64,000 nt of DNA from sequence record PP793740.1. One strand, given 5' to 3'. The notes below the pieces were generated by a model. That model saw only the letters and a list, made by a program, of their open reading frames with translations, ran no database searches and was not told the DNA's origin. This document shows positions 56,757 through 64,000 of this stretch, in pieces. Numbering within the stretch: the stretch's first letter is position 1; each line of letters starts with the position of its first letter. The position numbers were made by a program, and so were the translations under genes.

Positions 56757-57466
56757 TATCTAACCCTCATTAGAAGACGGATATCACCGTACTTAAGAAC
56801 GGCATTTCGGACTTGATAAATAAAAGGTTTAAATTCTTTTCGCTGTTGATCAGCCGTGAGTGTATAAGTTACTTTGATAGGTTCATTAGGAACATTGCAG
56901 AAAGATAGATAACGCGATACTCGACGTAGATTACGTAGGTGATTCTTACCACATTTAGGCCCGACTCGTTGTAACCGACCGTCGATAACCTTCCAATCAT
57001 AATTAGCTTTAAGGTTTAGAGAATAAAAACTTTCAGTTAAATTCTTATAATACTGTAATTGTTTTTGAGAGATTTTATTAATTTTTGGTTCATCTGTTAC
57101 AAGACGTGGGCTATACCGTGAATAGCAATCTGGTTCTGACATACGATCCCAGGACATATAAGTATATAGACTCATATATACTGTTTTAGTAACTGGTTTA
57201 AGCTCACTCATACCTTTTAGAATAGCTTCACCACTAATCCATGCATCACAGCGTGGATCATCATCATAACTACTCCACCATTCTGGTTTCTTTTTCAGAT
57301 CATCAGGAACACCATTATGGTAAGCAAATGGTTTTACATCCCAATAATTGCGAATATCAAGTAGATATGCATAAAGATCATAATTCTGTGTTAGTTCAAT
57401 ATCTTCGATACCAATCCATTCATTATTTACTTTAGCTTGAGTTTCTAAATATACATAATCACCCAT
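56756..57466 (-). CDS. conserved phage hypothetical protein
   Basis: QNYDLYAYLLDIRN...GVPDD...W. Confidence 0.75.
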   Translation of the reverse strand: MGDYVYLETQAKVNNEWIGIEDIELTQNYDLYAYLLDIRNYWDVKPFAYHNGVPDDLKKKPEWWSSYDDDPRCDAWISGEAILKGMSELKPVTKTVYMSLYTYMSWDRMSEPDCYSRYSPRLVTDEPKINKISQKQLQYYKNLTESFYSLNLKANYDWKVIDGRLQRVGPKCGKNHLRNLRRVSRYLSFCNVPNEPIKVTYTLTADQQRKEFKPFIYQVRNAVLKYGDIRLLMRVR

Positions 57467-57670
57467 TTTCTTTATTTCCTGTATTAGATTAATATAAATG
57501 TTTTATAACAACTATTTCAATATTGAATAACGTATTATTGGTTGTTTTAATTTACTACTCAACCTGATAATGTGTAATACGTCTATCTATATATCTCTTT
57601 TCTCTGGTGAAGAGCATTAGCATTATTCCAAGGTAGAGTCCTTATTCTATTAAACATATAAGTAAATAAT

Positions 57671-57692
57671 CCCTCCCCAATAAAGGGGAGGG
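57671..57692 (-). terminator. terminator
   Basis: CCCTCCCC-AATAAA-GGGGAGGG. Confidence 0.8.
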
Positions 57693-57708
57693 TATATGTT
57701 ATCTTAAT

Positions 57709-58110
57709 TCATGCTTTTGAAAGATCATATTTAATAGCTTCATCTTTCATAGGAGTTAATACAATAGTCACTTTTTCAAAACCATGTATATCCCTACCAT
57801 TATAAGAAATATCAATACTCTCCCAATCCTGGTTAACTACTTCAGCATGAAGAATATTTTTAATATTGATAGCATCTGTTTTATCAAACCATTTAAAAAC
57901 CTTTGGGTTAAATACAAGTTCGAAAGTAGTTTGATATGGATAGCTTTTCTGTTTAACAAGCCTACTAGATGCTAGTGATGTATTCTCAATATTTCGAATA
58001 ACATCAATCATTGCTTTACGGATAGTAAGTAATTTACTTTTCAGAACCAAATCAATAAATGCTGGATCAGTTGTCATTACTTCTTTTACAGATGGAAATG
58101 TGATTTCCAT
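57709..58110 (-). CDS. hypothetical protein, probable paralogue of 24238 and 58275
   Basis: FPSVKEV...FELV...QDWESI. Confidence 0.7.
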   Translation of the reverse strand: MEITFPSVKEVMTTDPAFIDLVLKSKLLTIRKAMIDVIRNIENTSLASSRLVKQKSYPYQTTFELVFNPKVFKWFDKTDAINIKNILHAEVVNQDWESIDISYNGRDIHGFEKVTIVLTPMKDEAIKYDLSKA

Positions 58111-58126
58111 AGCATCCTCTTATAGG

Positions 58127-58303
58127 TTAATTATTAAAAGATAAATCATAATCACTTTGTCTGCGATTCGGATTAACAGGATCAGGATATTTTCCAGTTT
58201 TGATAACTTCTTTTATAGCTCTAAAATCACGTTCTAGAAAATCTAGTTTTTTAACTAACTCTTTTTCTAATTCTTTATTGAGTAGTCTTCTTAATTTGCT
58301 CAT
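58127..58303 (-). CDS. 58-aa hypothetical protein (not in ORF track)
   Basis: hand translation MSKLRRLLNKELEKELVKKLDF...DLSFNN. Confidence 0.55.
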   Translation of the reverse strand: MSKLRRLLNKELEKELVKKLDFLERDFRAIKEVIKTGKYPDPVNPNRRQSDYDLSFNN

Positions 58304-58670
58304 CTACGTATACTCTCACAATGAACCAATTGATTAGGCCAAAACCTTTTGGTGTGATGGTAATGTCATCTTTATATCCATTTTTAGTGATTACATTACG
58401 TAATATTTTAATTGCTTCAGGTGGAATAAGATTAGCATTACCGGTAACACTATACTCGAAATAATAACCTACACCTGGTAAATAACCTGATGCAATCTGG
58501 TTAGTACCTGTGATATTACTAACGTGTTGGAAGTCACTAAAAGCATTCTTGTAGAATAACAAAATATTAGGAATTACTTCATCCCTAATAGTAGAACTAG
58601 TAATGGCATCCGCCGATGGAAAATAAGGTACTAATTCATCTGTTACATTGGTGCTATTAATATCGGACAT
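58275..58670 (-). CDS. hypothetical protein, probable paralogue of 24238 and 57709
   Basis: FPSADAI...FEYSV...NGYKDDI; first gene after promoter. Confidence 0.7.
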   Translation of the reverse strand: MSDINSTNVTDELVPYFPSADAITSSTIRDEVIPNILLFYKNAFSDFQHVSNITGTNQIASGYLPGVGYYFEYSVTGNANLIPPEAIKILRNVITKNGYKDDITITPKGFGLINWFIVRVYVDEQIKKTTQ

Positions 58671-58715
58671 AATCTTTTCCTCATTATAAAAGGATAAATA
58701 TCTTTATGGTAATCC

Positions 58716-58738
58716 TGTAATATAGATTTAAATTAATT
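58716..58738 (-). promoter_or_regulatory. phiKZ-type early promoter opening the leftward block
   Basis: transcribed strand AATTTAAATCTATATTACA. Confidence 0.75.
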
Positions 58739-58752
58739 TATAATGAATGGCA

Positions 58753-58779
58753 TAAAGGAGCCCACCAGGGGCTCCTTTA
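58753..58779. terminator. symmetric terminator hairpin
   Basis: TAAAGGAGCCC-ACCAG-GGGCTCCTTTA; no CDS ends near it. Confidence 0.75.
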
Positions 58780-58790
58780 ATGTAATAGGT

Positions 58791-58955
58791 CCGACCCCTA
58801 TCTAGAGGTCGGTGAGTAGCAAGGCACCGTAGTTGGGGTTCGTGTCGTTCCTGACGATACTTTAGTACCCCGGTTTATTTACGACTGGATCACCCCCTTA
58901 AAGTGCAGTGCGTTTTACGCAAACTGCCTTGCTCTATATCATTGCACTGTGCGTA
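58791..58955. ncRNA. candidate pseudoknotted structured RNA
   Basis: 80/160 G+C over 58791-58950, no ORF; stems AGCAAGGCA/TGCCTTGCT, AGTGCAGTG/CATTGCACT, AGTTGGGGT/ACCCCGGTT, GTGTCGT/ACGATAC, CCGACC/GGTCGG. Confidence 0.55.
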
Positions 58956-59020
58956 TTTTTATTCGTTAGCTAATCTTATGACTTAGAGTTATATTTACAT
59001 ACCCCTTAAGGAAAAATGCA

Positions 59021-61132
59021 ATGATAGACTCATTTAGGAAGCTAATGGGCTCGCTATCAATTACTGAAACTGATCAAGAAATTATCATCAGTGGTTTTGA
59101 TGGTGCTGCATTCATTAGAGATATTAACAAGTATTGGCGAACCACTAAATTAGCTACGCAGTTATTTAACACGGTTAGTCGTCGTAGTATTTCATTTTAT
59201 AAATTCTTTGCTCCTGAAATATATTACATGCTAGAAGCAGTAAAGAATTATAGAAGTAGATACATCTCTATTAAAACTGTTAATGCCATCCGTGAAGCAA
59301 TGCTTCAATATACCTGGTTAAAAAATACTCGTCCTGTAGATACCAACTCTGTACCAGGTAGACTCAATTTCAAGATGTTAGACAAATTGACATTTACACC
59401 AGATGAGTCTCAAAAAGCTTATTTTGAAAATTATAATTATCGAATTGACCAGTATGGTTTACGTGGTGATATTGTTGCAGGTAAACCTGGTACTGGTAAG
59501 ACATTCATGACGATGGCTATTGCTGAAATGGTTGAGTCGGATATCATTATAGTTGTTTGTGAAAAGAAGTCTATTGATCTAATATGGAAGCCATCTATTA
59601 TTGAGATGTATAAGGAAAGACAAAAAGTATGGTCGACCATTGATGATAAAGCCTACAACGGTCAAAGAATACTTATATCCCATTACCAGGCGCAAGATAA
59701 AATAATTGATCTATTAAGAAGCGGTATATTCAAAGGTAAGAACATTACGGTGATTCTGGATGAATCACACAATATGAACGATCCTAATTCTGCACAATCT
59801 CTTAAGTTCCAGCAAATATGTTTTATGTCTAACTCTAATAACAGATTATTAGCGTCAGGTACCCCTGTTAAAGCACTTGGTTCTGAATTAGTAAGTGCAT
59901 TAAGAGTATTAGACGATCTCTTCACCAATGAGGTTGAAGAACGTTTTAAGAAAGCATTTGGAAAAGAGACACAGAAAGGATTAGATATTGTCCAACATCG
60001 CTTTGGGTTAATTGCGTACGTCATTGAAAAGAAAGATACTGAGGTTTTACCACCGAGGATAAAAGCGTATCGTATCAAGATACCAAATGGATCACAGTAT
60101 ACTCTTAATGCCATTAAACGTGATTGTGAAGCTTTTATTAGAGAACGTGTAAAGTTCTATGCTGCGCGCCGACCAGAAGATGAGAAGTATTGGGCTAAAC
60201 TAATGGCGATACACGAGAACTCTCTTAAGACCCAGGCGCAGAAAGATGGTTTCGCTCGCTATAAGAATTTGATTAAAATAATTCAGAAGAATCAAGACCC
60301 GCGATACATTGGTGAAGAAATTAAAGAATCTAACCAATATGAAAAAATGTTTATAGAGCCAACTTTACCTCGTAATGAAATAGCTGCTTTTAGAGATATT
60401 AAATCAGTTATAAAATACGTTATGCTAAAGATACAAGGTGAATGTTTGGGAAGGGTTTTAGGTGCTAAACGCATTCAGTGCCATGTGGACATGGTACCGT
60501 ATATTGACTGGGTTGGTATCACTGAATCAACTATGAAGAAAACGATTGCATTTACATCGTTTGTTGAGGTTGTTGATACTGTTGATAAGTACACCAATAA
60601 ATTAGGTATGCATCCGGCGGTGGTGTATGGTAAAACCAATGACAATTTACCTCAAATAATCAGTAGATTTGAGAAAGACCCTAAATTAAATCCATTGGTA
60701 GCTACATATGCTTCCCTTTCAACAGCGGTCCGTATGACGATGGCTGATACTATGGTGACAATTAATTCACCGTTTAGGCATTACATTCTAGAACAAGCTA
60801 TTGCTCGAATTTACCGTAAAGGTCAGGATTCACAAACAGTCGTATATCAATGTACTCTCGATACAGAAGATGAACCGAATATCTCAACAAGGTCAGATGA
60901 CATTCTAAAATGGAGTCAGGCAATGGTTGAAGCTATTATGGGTATTAAATCTCCATTTGAGATCACAGAGTCATTAGAAAGTTATGTTGATAAAAATAAT
61001 AATTTTGATGAAAATAAAATCATTTATCAGATGCTAAAAGAATCATTTGAGAAGTATGATATCGCAATTGATTTTAATGACTTTGATACACGTATGTATA
61101 AACCATATCAGCCCGCATATATGCGGTTTTAA
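59021..61132 (+). CDS. SF2 (SNF2-like) helicase/ATPase
   Basis: motif I GKPGTGKT; motif II VILDESHN; motif III ASGTP; motif VI QAIARIYRKGQ. Confidence 0.88.
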   Translation: MIDSFRKLMGSLSITETDQEIIISGFDGAAFIRDINKYWRTTKLATQLFNTVSRRSISFYKFFAPEIYYMLEAVKNYRSRYISIKTVNAIREAMLQYTWLKNTRPVDTNSVPGRLNFKMLDKLTFTPDESQKAYFENYNYRIDQYGLRGDIVAGKPGTGKTFMTMAIAEMVESDIIIVVCEKKSIDLIWKPSIIEMYKERQKVWSTIDDKAYNGQRILISHYQAQDKIIDLLRSGIFKGKNITVILDESHNMNDPNSAQSLKFQQICFMSNSNNRLLASGTPVKALGSELVSALRVLDDLFTNEVEERFKKAFGKETQKGLDIVQHRFGLIAYVIEKKDTEVLPPRIKAYRIKIPNGSQYTLNAIKRDCEAFIRERVKFYAARRPEDEKYWAKLMAIHENSLKTQAQKDGFARYKNLIKIIQKNQDPRYIGEEIKESNQYEKMFIEPTLPRNEIAAFRDIKSVIKYVMLKIQGECLGRVLGAKRIQCHVDMVPYIDWVGITESTMKKTIAFTSFVEVVDTVDKYTNKLGMHPAVVYGKTNDNLPQIISRFEKDPKLNPLVATYASLSTAVRMTMADTMVTINSPFRHYILEQAIARIYRKGQDSQTVVYQCTLDTEDEPNISTRSDDILKWSQAMVEAIMGIKSPFEITESLESYVDKNNNFDENKIIYQMLKESFEKYDIAIDFNDFDTRMYKPYQPAYMRF

Positions 61133-61143
61133 AGGAGACAGAA

Positions 61144-61614
61144 ATGTCTGATCCACATTCATCTAATACTGGTGAAGATCTTATTCTTGGGCCTGAAGCC
61201 ACCAGTGAAGAAATGTATAATGCGATTTTAAGGTGGGTTGACAAAGTAACAACCATCCTAGAATCTGGTGGTGGCCCTGGTCCAGGTCCTAGTACTGGTT
61301 TAAAACCAATTCTATTTCAAACTGGTACATTAAACCCAGGAGATGTAGTTACTTATGATCTTTCCAAAGTTATTACTTCTATGGGTGATTATACTCTGGC
61401 TACAGCCATCGTTGATCTCAAGATTATCGACCCTGAAACTACTAGTCCTACTAGTGGTAAGCTTATTAGCGCTTCTGCTAGTATTGGTTGGGATCTCGAT
61501 TCATCTACAGGGATTTTAAATATCCGTGGGTATAGCCTGTCTGTACCAATCACTTATTATATTCGAGTTGACTCACCTATTAAGACGGCTGATATTCCCG
61601 TGTATACCCCGTAA
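61144..61614 (+). CDS. probable virion structural protein
   Basis: AAGGAG RBS; beta-rich; GGGPGP linker; co-transcribed with next gene. Confidence 0.55.
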   Translation: MSDPHSSNTGEDLILGPEATSEEMYNAILRWVDKVTTILESGGGPGPGPSTGLKPILFQTGTLNPGDVVTYDLSKVITSMGDYTLATAIVDLKIIDPETTSPTSGKLISASASIGWDLDSSTGILNIRGYSLSVPITYYIRVDSPIKTADIPVYTP

Positions 61615-61624
61615 GGAGTGAGAA

Positions 61625-63574
61625 ATGCCTTCTATTGTCCCGTCGCAAGTGCCGGGTCCTGTGGCACTAAACTCTAAAGTTAAATTTAACTTTAGTTCAG
61701 ATATTCAGAAGGTGTATTATACAGTGAGCCCGGAGTTACCTCCGGTGCTCTCTGAATACATTGCTTATGATGGTGACCCTGCAACAGGTGGTAGTCCATT
61801 TATTGCTGTTGTGCAAGATGGCACTGGTAATGTTCTTTATGATTGTAGTTTTCCAAAATTCTATAATTTAAACTATGATACTTACCAAATTCCGGCTAAT
61901 ACAACAAACCCTCAAGATCTATGGGGATGGGTAAGATATTTTTATAATGCTATTGGGTTTATTAGGAATGGTAGTAAGTACGAATCAACTGGAAAGAAAT
62001 TCTTAGTAATCACAGATAGTAATCCTAGTGAACCTTATTCAGTCCTCAATACGTCAGGTAATGGTTTTAAAAAGATACTAGATACGGCTGCTCGTGTACA
62101 AGATTCTACCTATGATGTTTATTACCCAGAAATGATGGGTGGCACAGTAGACCTTACTTTAACAGATCTTAATAAGTATTATGCATGTATTCTATTCTCT
62201 ACTAAAGATCATAATACTGGTGCATTAACTCCTGAAAGAGTGAGTCAGGCGACTATTGATAATCTAGCTACTTGGCGTAAATCGGGTAATGGTATCTTTG
62301 TTATAACTGATTCTGCTTCAAGAGATTACACTAATATTGAAGATGCTAAAGAAAATAATGGTAGTTTTGCATTTACCGCTAATAGACTAGCCTTTAATTT
62401 TGGTTCTTATTTCTCTGGTGTTGTTGATAGGTCAGATGTTCAATATACTGTAAATCAGATGCTAAGCTGGTCACCAAAAGCTGCATCATCTGGTTTGTTT
62501 ACAGGTATGAATAAATCTATTGGTAATGGTCAAGTAACTGACTTTGTTATCAAAGGTGATTCAAGTGAAAGTGAGATTAAGCTTGTTACTTTCCCAGCGT
62601 ATAACAAAGAAGATATTCCTGAATTTACCTTCGATCATACTGGCGAGTACATTTACAATTTTCTTTGTACGACATCTGAAAATCCTAATAAACCGTATGC
62701 TATTTCATTTAGATTCCAAGTTGGTGTAGATGATGGTATCTTTGTTGCACGTGATAATGGCCAAGCTATTGATACTACTCAGATACTAACAGCTAAGCGT
62801 TATTTTGATCTTAATCTAGGTTACTCAAATGGTACTGACCATCAGGATTATCTAGGCGATATTCAAATAAATGGCTATTTAGTTGGATCATTCTTATTTA
62901 GTCAGGGCATTACTCAGTGGGATCTGATAACTCATGGATCAACTCTTTTAATCCATGATAATGATCAGATACGTATTAACGTACGTGTACCTTATACTTA
63001 CACAATGCAGCATCAGGTGGTACTTAGTTCAAAACCTGCTTCTCTTTATAATGAAGCATCCCTTATAGGTACAATGGCATGGGATGATTATAAAGGGATA
63101 AGTAAAGCTAAAATTTATGAATATATTAATCTTAGCATGACCAAGTATATGTATCGTGTAGAGAATGCATATAAGAATAACATTAATATAAAACCAATAG
63201 TATTGACTGCATTACGCCGTACATTCCTTGGTGAGACATTAAATACAGCTAATGTATATGTTTATGATAATAACTCCACATGGGGTAAACTATCACAACG
63301 TGTCCAGAACGGACGACATGGTGATATTGTTATCTTTGCAGATACTTCTAAAGTTGTCCAGTATGATGAACTGGCTTCAACACCTGGCTGGTATGTAATG
63401 AAAGATCCAGGATTAGCTGATGTAACAGTAGCTAAACTAGTTCCATTCTTTGGAAATAACCGAGCTATTAAAAATAGGTTAAAGACTGGTGACATTCTTG
63501 ATGAGACCACTGGTCAACCAATTTCTTTCCATGCTAATTGGAAAATAGAAAATGATAAACTTGTAAAAGTTTAA
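61625..63574 (+). CDS. probable virion structural protein
   Basis: 649-aa Gly/Ser/Thr/Asn-rich, beta-rich ORF; function inferred from composition and context. Confidence 0.55.
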   Translation: MPSIVPSQVPGPVALNSKVKFNFSSDIQKVYYTVSPELPPVLSEYIAYDGDPATGGSPFIAVVQDGTGNVLYDCSFPKFYNLNYDTYQIPANTTNPQDLWGWVRYFYNAIGFIRNGSKYESTGKKFLVITDSNPSEPYSVLNTSGNGFKKILDTAARVQDSTYDVYYPEMMGGTVDLTLTDLNKYYACILFSTKDHNTGALTPERVSQATIDNLATWRKSGNGIFVITDSASRDYTNIEDAKENNGSFAFTANRLAFNFGSYFSGVVDRSDVQYTVNQMLSWSPKAASSGLFTGMNKSIGNGQVTDFVIKGDSSESEIKLVTFPAYNKEDIPEFTFDHTGEYIYNFLCTTSENPNKPYAISFRFQVGVDDGIFVARDNGQAIDTTQILTAKRYFDLNLGYSNGTDHQDYLGDIQINGYLVGSFLFSQGITQWDLITHGSTLLIHDNDQIRINVRVPYTYTMQHQVVLSSKPASLYNEASLIGTMAWDDYKGISKAKIYEYINLSMTKYMYRVENAYKNNINIKPIVLTALRRTFLGETLNTANVYVYDNNSTWGKLSQRVQNGRHGDIVIFADTSKVVQYDELASTPGWYVMKDPGLADVTVAKLVPFFGNNRAIKNRLKTGDILDETTGQPISFHANWKIENDKLVKV

Positions 63575-63582
63575 CGGCATAA

Positions 63583-63603
63583 GCCCTCCCGCAATGGGAG
63601 GGC
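63583..63603. terminator. bidirectional terminator
   Basis: GCCCTCCC-GCAAT-GGGAGGGC between convergent genes. Confidence 0.85.
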
Positions 63604-63614
63604 ATTATGTTGTT

Positions 63615-63998
63615 TTAACCACGCGTTATATTAAATAACCGTCTTTTCTGATCAAGTAATAAAATAGCGCTTGTGGTAATTTTAATGTTAAACCTACGTT
63701 TAGCTAAACTCTGAGCTACTAGTTCAATAGCATCAACTAGATCGATTGATTCTATATCACCTGTATTTTTAGATTTACTAATTGGTTTACTAAGAATTTT
63801 CCATCCCTTAGTAAAATTACTAGCTGATGGCTTTTGACCTATCTTGCTACGAAAAAATAGTCCAACTAATTTACTAGCCAGTTCACGTGGATCATTAAAA
63901 TCTGCTTCTGGTGAATGTAAGGTAATATTACTGTTTGCCAGGAATTCATGGTTCTCCGCACGATCCTCGATAGTTTTAGCACGTGGATCAAAATCCCA
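63615..63998 (-). CDS. 3' part of a hypothetical CDS (start beyond window)
   Basis: open frame WDFDPRAKTIEDRAENHEF...LFNITRG then TAA, running off the edge. Confidence 0.75.
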   Translation of the reverse strand, partial: WDFDPRAKTIEDRAENHEFLANSNITLHSPEADFNDPRELASKLVGLFFRSKIGQKPSASNFTKGWKILSKPISKSKNTGDIESIDLVDAIELVAQSLAKRRFNIKITTSAILLLDQKRRLFNITRG

Positions 63999-64000
63999 AC

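Noticed and set aside
58818-58948. HDV-like ribozyme, tmRNA, RNase P or known riboswitch call for the 58791 element
   Set aside because: Pseudoknot order is HDV-like but the loop is UUUUA with no P1.1 or catalytic strand; no tmRNA acceptor/T-arm, RNase P or riboswitch signature recognised
3981-63510. About 40 short ORFs in the track on the strand opposite long genes (e.g. 3981-4169, 7314-7496, 16753-17067, 39038-39361, 54921-55310, 59683-60114)
   Set aside because: Antisense shadows of better-supported genes; no RBS, and several run through terminators

Overview
64 kb of an AT-rich lytic jumbo phage genome. It is most consistent with a phiKZ-like (Phikzvirus/Chimalliviridae) phage. This is an inference from the repeated TATATTAC early-promoter motif, the tRNA set, an insertion-rich ThyA, dCTP deaminase, an SspB homologue and an SF2 helicase next to virion-type genes. 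Layout: (1) 1-5.6 kb, plus-strand tRNA region (3' end of one tRNA, two tRNA-Asn copies, tRNA-Thr) interleaved with CDSs. (2) 5.6-58.7 kb, a minus-strand block of about 100 mostly small genes organised by terminator-plus-promoter cassettes. (3) 59-63.6 kb, plus-strand helicase and two probable virion proteins, then a truncated minus-strand CDS. No rRNA, CRISPR array, integrase or transposase was seen. Best candidates for undescribed biology: two GC-rich structured non-coding elements (7818-7881 and 58791-58955, the latter pseudoknotted); an early operon of paralogous secreted two-cysteine proteins; near-identical promoter cassettes repeated 15-31 kb apart; a tandem pair of ADP-ribosyltransferase-fold genes; a tRNA-Asn duplicate altered only in the T-loop; and a block with four inactivating lesions. 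All protein calls are by-eye motif recognition, not database searches.
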